Assembly: GCA_036557145.1 (NCBI GenBank)
Contig: DATBIC010000076.1
Span: 1 to 53,373 of the forward strand
Origin: Gaiellaceae bacterium
GTDB lineage: Bacteria > Actinomycetota > Thermoleophilia > Gaiellales > Gaiellaceae
Reading direction: 5' to 3'
Length of the DNA stretch: 53,373 nucleotides
Made by a program: the position numbers and the translations under genes. Position 1 is the stretch's first letter, and each line of letters opens with the position of its first letter. The notes under the pieces were generated by a model. The model had not been told where the DNA came from and ran no database searches. It saw nothing but the letters and a program-made list of their open reading frames with translations. Shown in pieces: positions 1 to 9,723 of this stretch.

Positions 1-710
1 GTAGTTCCAGTAGCGCTTCAGCATCGGCTTCTGGGACTTGAGCAGCGACACCGTCGCGTCGAGCTGCGCCTTCGTCAGCTCGTAGGGATCCTTGATCCCC
101 AGGCTCGGCTTCGTCTTCTCGAGGTACAGCGCCGCGTCGGCAATCTGGATCGGATTGTTCGGGACGGTGAGCTTGCCCTTGTACTTGCCGCTGTAGATCG
201 CGCCCCAGCCGGTCGGCGCAGGCTTCACCTTCTGCGTGTTGTAGATCAGCGTGTTCGGGCCCCACTGCACCGAGACGCCGTAGTGCACACCCTTCACCGT
301 GTTGTGCGCCGGCGACTTGAACGCCGGCAGGAAGTCCTTCCACGACGGGATCAGGTTCACGTTCACCGGCTGCACGTCGCCGCCGTAGATCAGCCGCAAG
401 CTCGCGTCGCCCGATGCCGAGACGAGGTCGTACTGGCCGCCGCCACCGCCGCCGCCCGTGCGCATGAGCGCGACCATCTCGTTCGAGCTGCCCGCGTCCT
501 TGCGGTGGATGGTGCAGCCGGTCTGCTGCTCGAACTTCTTCGCGAAGCTCGGGTCGCTGTACGCGGACCACTCGATCAGGTTGAGCGAGCCCTCGCCCTT
601 CCCGATCTTCGTCAGCATCGTCGTGTCGTTGCCGCGCGACACGCCGACGGCGGGCACGATCAGCGCAGCGACGAGCGCGAGCGCCAGCAGGTGGATCTTG
701 TGGATCCGTC

Positions 711-714
<4 letters not shown>
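1..714 (-). CDS. Polyamine (spermidine/putrescine) ABC transporter substrate-binding protein, PotD/PotF family; C-terminal part lies outside the window
   Basis: Open minus-strand frame runs off the window edge, so it is absent from the ORF track. GTG at 714-712 overlaps the potA stop (GTGA), with AAGGAGGA 8 nt upstream. My translation VRRIHKIHLLALALVAAL...GSLNLIEWSAYSDPSFAKKFEQQTGC...HYGVSVQWGPNTLIYN has a signal-like N-terminus and a PotD/PotF-like core. Confidence 0.8.
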
Positions 715-1722
<1,008 letters not shown>

Positions 1723-1733
<11 letters not shown>

Positions 1734-2976
1734 GGCACTCCTGGAGGATGTCGAGGCCGCGGTCGAGCTCGTCGTCGGCGACGGTGAACGGCACGAGGAT
1801 CCGGATCACGTTCCCGTAGATGCCGCACGAGAGCAGGATCAGCCCGCGCTCCCGCGCCGCCGCGGTGATGCGGGACGTCTCCTGCCCGTTCGGCTCCGGA
1901 AGCTCGAGCGCGAGCATCGGGCCGAGGCCGCGCACGTTGCTGCCTTCCGGCGCCATCACGACCAGGCGCTCGCGCACGTGCGTGCCGATCTGCTCGGCGC
2001 GCTCGCGCATCCCCGGCAGCGCATCGAGCACGGCGATCGCCGCCGCGCACGAGACCGGGTTGCCCGTGAAGGTGCCGCCGAGCCCGCCGGGCGGCACCGC
2101 GTCCATCACCTCGGCGCGGCCGGTGACGCCGGCGAGCGGCAGCCCTCCGCCGAGCGTCTTCCCGCTGACGAGCAGGTCGGGCTCGGCGTCGTAGTGCTCG
2201 ATCGCCCAGACCGGACCGGTGCGCCCGCACCCCGACTGCACCTCGTCGTCGACGTAGAGGATGCCGTGTCGGTCGAGGAGCTCCTGCAGCCGCCGTGGGA
2301 AGTCGGGCGTCATCGGGACGAACCCGCCCTCGCCCTGCACCGGCTCGAGCACGGCGCACGCGACCGACTCCGGGTCGACCTCGCCCTTGAACAGATGCTC
2401 GAGCGCCGCGATCGCGTCGTCCTCGCTGACGCCGCGGTACGGATACGGAGCCGGCGTGCGGTACACCTCGGGCGCGAACGGCCCGAACCCCTTCTTGTAC
2501 GGGACGACCTTTGCGGTCATCGTCATCGACAGCAGCGTCCGTCCGTGGAACGCGTTGTCGAAGACGACCACGGCCGGGCGTCCGGTCGCGACCCGCGCGA
2601 TCTTGACGGCGTTCTCGACGGCCTCCGCGCCGCTGTTCAGCAGCAGCGACTTCTGCTCGTCGCCGCGGCACGGCGACAGCTCGGCGAGCCGCCGGCACAC
2701 CTCGACGTACGGCTCGTACATGCCGACCATCGCGCACTGGTGCAGGTAGCGGTCGACCTGCTCGTGCACCGCCTTGACGACCGCAGGGAGCGAGTGACCG
2801 ACGTTCGCGCAGCCGATGCCGCCGGCGAAGTCGATGTACTCGCGGCCGTCGACGTCCCAGACGCGCGCGCGCTCGGCGCGGTCGACGAAGATCGGCTGGG
2901 TCGAGAGCCCGCGGGCGACGTAGCGCTCGCGTGCTTCCTGGAGGCGTGCGGTTGCTGTCTCCTCCTGCAGCGACAC
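1723..2976 (-). CDS. gabT: Class III aminotransferase, 4-aminobutyrate/putrescine aminotransferase type
   Basis: 417-aa ORF. N-terminus RAERARVWDVDGREYIDFAGGIGCANVGH and the overall layout are typical of GabT-like PLP enzymes. It is the first gene of the gabT-potA-potD minus-strand operon. Confidence 0.9.
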
Positions 2977-3051
2977 GACAGCGCGACCCTACACGGCGCC
3001 TCCGGAGCGGGCCAGTGGCCCGAAGCCCGCCCGGATACGATGGCCGACTCG

Positions 3052-3122
3052 GGCGCCTTGGCCGAGTGGTTAGGCAGCGGCCTGCAAAGCCGTTTACAGC
3101 GGTTCGAATCCGCTAGGCGCCT
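3052..3122 (+). tRNA. tRNA-Cys (anticodon GCA)
   Basis: 71-nt cloverleaf read by eye. Acceptor GGCGCCT/AGGCGCC; anticodon stem GCGGC/GCCGT with loop CTGCAAA; T arm AGCGG-TTCGAAT-CCGCT; discriminator T (U73, characteristic of tRNA-Cys). CCA is not encoded. Confidence 0.85.
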
Positions 3123-4366
3123 CTTGGAAGCTCGACGAGCGGTGCGGGGGCCGACGCGGGATGCGCGCTCGCGATCGTCTTCAGGACGGAGCCCGAGGCG
3201 AGATCGACGACGCTCGTCGTCGCGGGCCCGACGGCGTATGCAATCCCGTTCGCGACGAAGACCTGCTGAACGGGAAGCTTGCCCAGGGTGTGGAAGGCAG
3301 GTGCGCCGGTCGTCGCGTACGCGCTGAGCCCGTTGCCGAGCGGCTTCAGCATCGAGCTGCCGGTCGTCGTGTCCCAGCTCTCGTCGGCCGCGAGCAGCAG
3401 GCCGCCGGCGAACGTGACGCTGCTCGTCCCGGGATCGACGATCCGCGTCGTCCAGTTCCGCGTGTCGACGATCGTCAAGCCGGCCGGCGCCTCTGTCTCC
3501 TGGTACGCCTTCTGCGAGTCGAACCACGCGTTGCCGTTCTCGCCCGTCACCGCGAGCAGGCCGTTCCCGAGCCAGACCGCCTCCCGGGTGGGCCCTGCGA
3601 GCACCTTGTCGGCGTGGGCAAGCGCTCGGGTCGGGTGGTGATACGACACCGCCAGCGTCCGCAGATCGACGGCGGCCACGGTGCCGTCGCCCACGACGAC
3701 ATAGGCCGTGTTCCCCGTCGGATCGACAGCGAGCCCCGGCTCGGAGCCGCTGAACAACGACGTGCCGGTCGGGTCCTGGGCGCCGGCCGGGATCTGCGCA
3801 AGCACCACCGACCGGACTCGCCCCGAGACATCGGCGCTCACGAGTGTCGTCGCGCCGACGCTGCCGTCGAACGGCGGAACGAGAAAGACAAGCCCCGAGG
3901 GCGTGCGCGCTGCCCGCCCCGGCAAGAAGGGCCTCACCGCCTCCGGCAGCGTCTTCCGCCACCGAACCCGCATCGCGGCGGGATCGACCAGTGCGATCGA
4001 TGCCTGGTCGACCACCAGCAGCGCTCTCGACGAAACCCAGGCGAGCTGCGGGTCGTCGAACCCCGGTAGCCGTACCGATCCCGCGGCCTTCAGCTTCACC
4101 GCGTCGACGAACCAGAGCGTCCCGTCTCGGCCGCCCATCACGACGCGTGAGCCGCTCGGAGACCGGTCCCAGTAGGCGAAGGTCGAGACCTTGACGGAGC
4201 GTGAGCCCGTCGGCCGCAAGGTCAAGGGATCGAGCCAGACCAGCCGGGCCGAGCTCTGCGCCGAGACGACGCCCAGCACCGGCGCGCGTGCTACCCCGCC
4301 GCCGGCGGACACCGCCGCGATGGCGGCCATACCCACAGCGCACGCCAGGACGGCGCCACGCTTCAT
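3113..4366 (-). CDS. Secreted hypothetical protein, probably beta-propeller-like
   Basis: 417-aa ORF with a signal peptide (MKRGAVLACAVGMAAIAAVSA). Recurrent short beta-strand motifs (VVD, LVD, AVD, IVD followed by Gly/Thr turns) suggest a propeller. ATG lies 3 nt after the stop of the upstream GNAT gene. The last 3 codons and the stop overlap the tRNA-Cys 3' end on the opposite strand. Confidence 0.65.
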   Translation of the reverse strand: MKRGAVLACAVGMAAIAAVSAGGGVARAPVLGVVSAQSSARLVWLDPLTLRPTGSRSVKVSTFAYWDRSPSGSRVVMGGRDGTLWFVDAVKLKAAGSVRLPGFDDPQLAWVSSRALLVVDQASIALVDPAAMRVRWRKTLPEAVRPFLPGRAARTPSGLVFLVPPFDGSVGATTLVSADVSGRVRSVVLAQIPAGAQDPTGTSLFSGSEPGLAVDPTGNTAYVVVGDGTVAAVDLRTLAVSYHHPTRALAHADKVLAGPTREAVWLGNGLLAVTGENGNAWFDSQKAYQETEAPAGLTIVDTRNWTTRIVDPGTSSVTFAGGLLLAADESWDTTTGSSMLKPLGNGLSAYATTGAPAFHTLGKLPVQQVFVANGIAYAVGPATTSVVDLASGSVLKTIASAHPASAPAPLVELPRGA

Positions 4367-4369
4367 GCG

Positions 4370-4882
4370 TCACATCTTAGATGGCGTTCGACGGAGCTCG
4401 TACACCGTCATCGGCTCGCCCGAGCGTCCGTGGCCCGCGCCGCGGACGACGAATCCGAGCTTGGCCGCGACGCGCCGCGACGGCTCGTTCTCCCCGCCGA
4501 TGTACGCCGCGATGGTCTCGAAATCCGTCCGGCTCCAGAAGTCGTCGATCGCGGCGAGCATCGCCTCGGTCGCGATGCCCGCGTCGCGCCGCGCCTTGGT
4601 CACCCACCAGCCCGCCTCGATTTCGTCCGGCGCGATGCCGTCGATGCCGCCACCGGCGAAGTGCAGCTCGGCGCCGCCGATGAAGCTGTCGTCTCGCCGG
4701 TCTCGGATCGCCCACGGGCCGAAGCCGTGCTCACGCCACTGCGTCTCCGAGGCATGCACGTCGCGTATTGCGTCGGTGGGACTCTCCGACGCTCGCGCAT
4801 GCTCCGCCTCGTCGAGCGCGGTCATCGGGACGAGCGTCAGCCGCGCTGTTCGCAGGACGACGTCGGCGCTCGGCTTTCGCAC
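4370..4882 (-). CDS. GNAT family N-acetyltransferase (RimJ/RimL-like)
   Basis: The C-terminal 170 aa of the 221-aa ORF look GNAT-like (LRTARLTLVP..., EIEAGWWV..RRDAGIATEAMLA, NEPSRRVAAKLGF). I place the start at GTG 4882 (VRKPSADVVLRTARL), because the upstream part of the ORF is Arg/Pro-rich junk. Confidence 0.7.
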   Translation of the reverse strand: MRKPSADVVLRTARLTLVPMTALDEAEHARASESPTDAIRDVHASETQWREHGFGPWAIRDRRDDSFIGGAELHFAGGGIDGIAPDEIEAGWWVTKARRDAGIATEAMLAAIDDFWSRTDFETIAAYIGGENEPSRRVAAKLGFVVRGAGHGRSGEPMTVYELRRTPSKM

Positions 4883-5010
4883 AGCCGTAATCTTGGCCGA
4901 TCCGGGCTCCGGGCATCTCCGACCTGCAGGCTCTGACCGAGACCGAGCAGTCCTGCCTGCAGCGATACCTGGACCGTCTCGTCGACAGGTTCGGCGCCGG
5001 GCTCGAGCAG

Positions 5011-5289
5011 GTGGTCGTGTTCGGCTCGGTGGCACGGAACGAGCCGTGGCCCAGGGGAATGCCGATCCGCTCCGACCTCGACCTGCTCGTGATCACGACT
5101 GATCCCGTCGAGGCCGGCGTCGTCGACGAGCTGCTCGACGCGACGCTGCCGCTGTTCCTGGAGTGCGGCCGTCAGATCGGCCCGCAGTTCCGAACGCGGG
5201 AGCAGCTCGCGCGAAGGGACGAGCGAACGGTCACGTTCGCCGAGAACGTCGAGCGGGACGGCGTGGTCGTCTACCCGAGCGCCGGATGA
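5011..5289 (+). CDS. Minimal nucleotidyltransferase (MNT/Pol-beta superfamily) domain protein; the true 5' end is probably upstream of the first canonical start
   Basis: FGSVARNE...SDLDLLV is the GS...DxD NTase motif. The in-frame upstream sequence 4915-5010 (ISDLQALTETEQSCLQRYLDRLVDRFGAGLEQ) looks like the usual N-terminal helix but contains no ATG/GTG/TTG. Confidence 0.6.
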   Translation: MVVFGSVARNEPWPRGMPIRSDLDLLVITTDPVEAGVVDELLDATLPLFLECGRQIGPQFRTREQLARRDERTVTFAENVERDGVVVYPSAG

Positions 5290-5364
5290 AGAACTGAGAT
5301 CAAGGCAGCACACACACCGTCGATACGATCGGAACGGGTAACCGCGCAGACGGAGGTGATCGGG

Positions 5365-6003
5365 ATGAACGACGGCTCGAAGTGGAAGCTCGCGCAGCTC
5401 GACCAGATCGAGCGCCGCAACCGAGACATTCCGGTGCGCGAGCATTTCGGGATCCGCGCCTTCGGGATCAACGCGTACACACCCGGCGAGGATGGGCGGC
5501 TGATCGGCGAGCACGACGAGGCCGGGTCCCGTCAGGAGGAGCTGTACATCGTGCTCGACGGGAACGCGACCTTCGAGATCGACGGCGAGACGGTCGAGGC
5601 ACCCGCGGGGGCGTTCCTGTTCGTCGCGCCCGAGGCGCGGCGGAAGGCGACCGGAGACGGCACCGTGCTGGCGATCGGCGCGACGCCGGGAGAGGCGTAC
5701 CAGGGGATGGACTGGGGGGACGCGTGGCCGGCCCAGAGTGCGTCGATGGGCGCCTACGGCGAGCAGCGATACGCCGACGCACTCGCCGCGGTCCGCGGCG
5801 GGCTCGAGAAAACGCCCGACCACCCTGGCCTCCTCTACAACTATGCGTGCTTCGCGAGCCTGGCGGGGGAAATCGGCGACGAGACGTTCGAGAACCTCCA
5901 GCGCTCTGTCGAGCTGTATCCGCCGTTCCGCGAGCAGGCCCGCCGAGACGACGACTTCGCCGCCGTGCGCGACGACCCGCGCTTCGAAGCGGCGCTGCGC
6001 TGA
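5365..6003 (+). CDS. Cupin domain protein with a helical (TPR-like) C-terminal extension
   Basis: ORF 5356-6003; ATG 5365 lies 6 nt after GGAGGTG. Cupin core EELYIVLDGNATFEIDGETVEAPAGAFLFV. It is paralogous to the cupin at 15094-15495. Confidence 0.75.
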   Translation: MNDGSKWKLAQLDQIERRNRDIPVREHFGIRAFGINAYTPGEDGRLIGEHDEAGSRQEELYIVLDGNATFEIDGETVEAPAGAFLFVAPEARRKATGDGTVLAIGATPGEAYQGMDWGDAWPAQSASMGAYGEQRYADALAAVRGGLEKTPDHPGLLYNYACFASLAGEIGDETFENLQRSVELYPPFREQARRDDDFAAVRDDPRFEAALR

Positions 6004-6010
6004 ACCGCGG

Positions 6011-6466
6011 CTACGAGAGGTTCAGCCGGAGCGCGACCTCGTCGCCGTGGAGCTCTCCGGTGCGCTCGAACCCGTAGCGCTCGTAGAAGGCGATCGGGCT
6101 GCCGTCGCCCGGCACGGCGCTCGTCAGGATCGAGTCGACGCCGCGGCTGCGGAAGTACTCGACGACGAGGTCGAGCGCTGCGCGGCCGAGCCCCTGCCGC
6201 TGGTAGCGCTGGTCGATCAGCAGCTTCCAGAGGTAGTGCGCGATGTAGTCGGGGTCGGCGACCTCGTCGGCGATCATCACGAACCCGACCGGCGTCTCGT
6301 CGGCGTAGATCGCCCAGTGGATGGCCTGCGCATCCGGGTGCTCCGCCGCCTCGGCGAGCGACTCGCGAACGCCGCTGACGAACCGACGCTGCTCGGGAGC
6401 CACGGCGAGCGCCTCGACGGCTTCCCGATTCGCGTCGGTGAGCGGCCGCAGCGAGACGCGCTGCAC
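6011..6466 (-). CDS. GNAT family N-acetyltransferase (diamine acetyltransferase-like)
   Basis: Acetyl-CoA binding motif QRYQRQGLGRAALDLVV and C-terminal FYERYGFE. Start taken as GTG 6466 (VQRVSLRPLTDANREAV), 2 nt after the stop of the upstream small ORF. Confidence 0.8.
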   Translation of the reverse strand: MQRVSLRPLTDANREAVEALAVAPEQRRFVSGVRESLAEAAEHPDAQAIHWAIYADETPVGFVMIADEVADPDYIAHYLWKLLIDQRYQRQGLGRAALDLVVEYFRSRGVDSILTSAVPGDGSPIAFYERYGFERTGELHGDEVALRLNLS

Positions 6467-6468
6467 CG

Positions 6469-6663
6469 CTAACGGACGGTTCGCAGCTGCAGGAACACCC
6501 AAATGGCCACCGCCGCGGCGATGCCGAAGACGATGCCGAGGAACCAGTGCCCGCTGCTGAAGAACAGGAGCGTCAGGAGCACGAGCACGGCCGCGACGAG
6601 GCCGGCCCGACGGAGCCAGCGTTGACGTGTCTGCGCTCTCCCGCCGACGCTCACGACCGACAT
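6469..6663 (-). CDS. Small membrane protein (2 predicted TM helices)
   Basis: 64-aa ORF with an ATG start and two hydrophobic stretches (LVAAVLVLLTLLFF, FLGIVFGIAAAVAIWVFL). It sits immediately upstream of the GNAT gene. Confidence 0.5.
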   Translation of the reverse strand: MSVVSVGGRAQTRQRWLRRAGLVAAVLVLLTLLFFSSGHWFLGIVFGIAAAVAIWVFLQLRTVR

Positions 6664-6710
6664 CTCAGCATGATGTGCCGCCCGCGTCCACTGACCCCGA
6701 AGGAGGGTGA

Positions 6711-6944
6711 ATGAGCGAGAAGAGGCCGAGTGCGCCCGGGTTCGTCGTGCTGCGCGACCTCGGCGGCGGCACCTGGCAGCTGCTCGGCGAGGTGCCGCGG
6801 CGGCGAGGGCTCCCCGCGCGTGCAGCGAGAAGCCGGGCGATCATGGACGCCACCGAGGGCAAGGCGAAGAGGGGAGAGGTGTACGCCGCCGTCCTGCGCA
6901 GCGAGTGGCGCGTCGCGCTCGACTGGGCCTACGACCCGGACTGA
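6711..6944 (+). CDS. Hypothetical protein (77 aa)
   Basis: ATG preceded by a strong AGGAGGG 3 nt upstream. No family is recognisable by eye. Confidence 0.6.
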   Translation: MSEKRPSAPGFVVLRDLGGGTWQLLGEVPRRRGLPARAARSRAIMDATEGKAKRGEVYAAVLRSEWRVALDWAYDPD

Positions 6945-7243
6945 AGCTCCCAGGCGCCGATGACGGCGTCTTCGACGGCGTCGTCGTTGCCGTTCGCGAG
7001 ATCGGCCACGACCATCATGTGATCGGCGAAGCGCCCGGGTGCGGTGAACGTGTCCGGGAAGGCCTGGAGCAGGAAGTCCTTGAAGTCGAACGAGGCGCGG
7101 ATGACGATGTGGCTGTCGTCGAGCTGCCGCGCCACCAGCCGGCCGTGGTACCGCCAGTCGAGCAGGCCGTCACGGGTGCGTTCGGTCACGCCCTCGAGCT
7201 GAGCCGCCAGACGGCTGACGTCGGCGAGCTTCATCGAGCCCAT
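6929..7243 (-). CDS. MmcQ/YjbR family DNA-binding protein
   Basis: 104-aa ORF. Length and motifs (W.YHGRLVAR....IVIR..F) resemble YjbR-like proteins. It overlaps the preceding gene convergently by 16 nt. Confidence 0.65.
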   Translation of the reverse strand: MGSMKLADVSRLAAQLEGVTERTRDGLLDWRYHGRLVARQLDDSHIVIRASFDFKDFLLQAFPDTFTAPGRFADHMMVVADLANGNDDAVEDAVIGAWELQSGS

Positions 7244-7278
7244 GCTCGCAGGACCTCTCTTTTCGGTCGAGATACATA

Positions 7279-7308
7279 ACTAAGAAATATAAATCTGCTA
7301 TGCTTAGT
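7279..7308. promoter_or_regulatory. Inverted repeat ACTAAG-N18-CTTAGT in an AT-rich spacer, candidate MarR operator/promoter
   Basis: The 7244-7313 spacer is the most AT-rich stretch of the window (ataactaagaaatataaatctgctatgcttagt). The repeat ends 5 nt before the MarR ATG. Confidence 0.35.
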
Positions 7309-7313
7309 GGGCA

Positions 7314-7769
7314 ATGGCAAACCGCAGTCAGCCCGACGCCGCCCCGGCGCGCACCCTCGCCGGCGAGCTTGCGCCGCGGCTCTCGCGCCTCGTCCGGCTC
7401 GTCAGGGAGGGGCAGGGGGTCAGCCGCACGCAGCTTTCGCTGCTCACGTCGCTGCGAGACGCCGGGCCGCAACGGATCACCGCGCTCGCGGCCTCCGAGC
7501 ACGTGACGCAGCCGGCGATGACGACCCTCGTCTCGCGGCTCGAGCGGGAGGAGTGGGTCGTACGGCAGGCCGATCCCTCCGACCGGCGCGCCGTCCAGGT
7601 CGTGCTCACGGCTGAGGGCCGAGAGGCGCTGGCGGGCCTCACGGCAGCGGCGGTCGACAGGCTCGCCGGGCGCATCGCCGCGCTGACGCCGGCCGAGCGC
7701 AAGCGGCTCGAAGCCTCGCTGCCGCTGATCGACCGGCTGCTCGAGACAGAGAGAAGAGGAGCGAAGTGA
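7314..7769 (+). CDS. MarR family transcriptional regulator
   Basis: 151-aa ORF with a winged-helix core (SRTQLSLLTSLRDAGPQRITALAASEHVTQPAMTTLVSRLEREEWVVRQADPSDRRAV). Confidence 0.9.
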   Translation: MANRSQPDAAPARTLAGELAPRLSRLVRLVREGQGVSRTQLSLLTSLRDAGPQRITALAASEHVTQPAMTTLVSRLEREEWVVRQADPSDRRAVQVVLTAEGREALAGLTAAAVDRLAGRIAALTPAERKRLEASLPLIDRLLETERRGAK

Positions 7770-8995
7770 AGATGGAGGAACGGGCGAGCCTGCTGAGGCA
7801 GCCGAAGGCCGTCTGGGCGGTCGCGTTCGCATGCGTGATCGCCTTCATGGGGATCGGTCTCGTCGATCCGATCCTGCCCGCGCTCGCGCAGTCGCTCGAC
7901 GCCACGCCGAGCCAGGTGGAGCTGCTGTTCACGAGCTACTTCGCGATCACCGGGATCGCGATGCTCGTCACCGGCTTCGTCTCGAGCCGGATCGGCGCGA
8001 AGCGGACGCTGCTCGCCGGGCTCGCGCTGATCGTCGCGTTCAGCGCCGCCGCCGGCGCCTCCGGCTCGATCGGCCAGATCGTTGCCTTCCGCGGCGTATG
8101 GGGCCTCGGCAACGCACTGTTCATCGCGACCGCCCTGGCCGCGATCGTCGGCGCCGCGAGCGGTGGGCTCGGCGGCGCGATCGTGCTGTTCGAGGCGGCG
8201 CTCGGACTCGGCATCGCGTCGGGGCCGCTACTCGGCGGCGAGCTCGGCTCGCTCAGCTGGCGCGCGCCGTTCTTCGGCGTCGCGGCGCTGATGGCCACGG
8301 CGTTCGTCCTGATCCTGCTCCTGCTCGAGCGGACGCCCGCACCGCCAATGCGCAGCTCGCTCGGTCAGCCGCTCCGGGCGCTCCGCGAGCGGGGCCTGCG
8401 CGGCGTCGCCTTGACCGCGCTCTTCTACAACTTCGGCTTCTTCACGCTGATCGCGTTCACACCGTTCCCGCTCGAGCTCGGTATCCACCAGCTCGGCTAC
8501 GTGTTCTTCGGCTGGGGCGTGCTGCTCGCGATCTCGTCGGTGTGGCTCGCACCCAGGCTGCGCGACGCGTTCGGCCTGATGCCCGTCCTCTACGGTGCAT
8601 TCGCGCTCGTGGCGCTCGACCTGTTCGGGATGGCGCTGTGGACGGATTCGCAGACCGCGCTGATCCTGCTCGTGATCGTCGCCGGCCTGTTCCTCGGCGT
8701 CGTCAACACGCTCGTCACCGAGACGGTGATGCGCGTGTCCACGACCGAGCGCGCGACCGCGTCCGCCGCCTACAGCTTCGTCCGCTTCATCGGCGGCGCT
8801 GCCGCGCCGTACCTCGCGGGGAAGCTCGCCGAGCACTTCGATGCGCACGTCCCGTTCTTCGTCGCGGCCGCCTCGGTCGCCGTGGCGATCGGCGTGCTCG
8901 CCTGGCACCGGGACGACATCGCCGAGCCGCAGGACGTCGCGGCGCGGCTACCGACGGCGTTCGCCGAGGAGCTGCTCGAGGCGGACGCCGCTTGA
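7766..8995 (+). CDS. MFS transporter (drug/metabolite efflux type)
   Basis: 409-aa ORF with about 12 hydrophobic segments. GTG overlaps the MarR stop (GTGA). An alternative start is ATG 7772. Confidence 0.9.
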   Translation: MKMEERASLLRQPKAVWAVAFACVIAFMGIGLVDPILPALAQSLDATPSQVELLFTSYFAITGIAMLVTGFVSSRIGAKRTLLAGLALIVAFSAAAGASGSIGQIVAFRGVWGLGNALFIATALAAIVGAASGGLGGAIVLFEAALGLGIASGPLLGGELGSLSWRAPFFGVAALMATAFVLILLLLERTPAPPMRSSLGQPLRALRERGLRGVALTALFYNFGFFTLIAFTPFPLELGIHQLGYVFFGWGVLLAISSVWLAPRLRDAFGLMPVLYGAFALVALDLFGMALWTDSQTALILLVIVAGLFLGVVNTLVTETVMRVSTTERATASAAYSFVRFIGGAAAPYLAGKLAEHFDAHVPFFVAAASVAVAIGVLAWHRDDIAEPQDVAARLPTAFAEELLEADAA

Positions 8996-9112
8996 GAGGC
9001 GTTCACAGAGCGGGGCTGGAAGCCGACCTTCCCGACCAAGAGCGGGCCGTTCCGGATGACCGACCTGCTGACGTTCGCCGGTGTCGACCCCGCGTCGCGC
9101 GGCCAGTGAGCG

Positions 9113-9700
9113 TCACTCTCGTCCGAAGAACGAGCTCTCGATCACGTAGAAGATCGCGATCGCCGCGAACAGCACCACGGCGAGGACTGCCGAGAGGAGC
9201 GCGCTCAGCGTCGCGATCGCGTAGACGAAGGCGCCGGGCGCGAACGACCGCGAGATCCCCGAGACCATCCGCTGGTCGGCGGCCGCCGCGATCAATCTGC
9301 GCTTGCCGGCCGCGTAGAACCACAACGAGACGAAGCAGACCGCCATCGACGTGTAGGTGAGCCCGTACGCGACCGCGGCCGCCTTCGACTGCTCGCGCAT
9401 GTTGTCGGCGAGGACGCGCGTCGGGAACGGCGTGAACGCCACGACCATCAGGAAGAGGACGTTGATGAACAGGAACGTCCGGTCGACGCTGCCGATCTGC
9501 TTGAAGACGGTGTGGTGGTTGACCCAGACGATCCCGAGCGTGGCGAACGAGATCGCGTAGGCCGCGTACGACGGCCACGCCTGCACGAGCTGGTGCGCGA
9601 CCGAGCCGTCCCCGCTCAGGTTGACGTCGAGGATCAGCAGGGTCGCGGCGATCGCGAAGATCCCGTCGCTGAACGTCTCGAGTCGCGCGGTATCGCTCAC
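9113..9700 (-). CDS. TMEM175/DUF1211 family potassium channel-like membrane protein
   Basis: Hallmark N-terminal motif RLETFSDGIFAIAATLLILD and six hydrophobic helices. Start taken as GTG 9700, because the upstream part of the 271-aa ORF is Arg-rich junk. Confidence 0.8.
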   Translation of the reverse strand: MSDTARLETFSDGIFAIAATLLILDVNLSGDGSVAHQLVQAWPSYAAYAISFATLGIVWVNHHTVFKQIGSVDRTFLFINVLFLMVVAFTPFPTRVLADNMREQSKAAAVAYGLTYTSMAVCFVSLWFYAAGKRRLIAAAADQRMVSGISRSFAPGAFVYAIATLSALLSAVLAVVLFAAIAIFYVIESSFFGRE

Positions 9701-9723
9701 GCTCCTCAGTCTAGGATCGGGAC

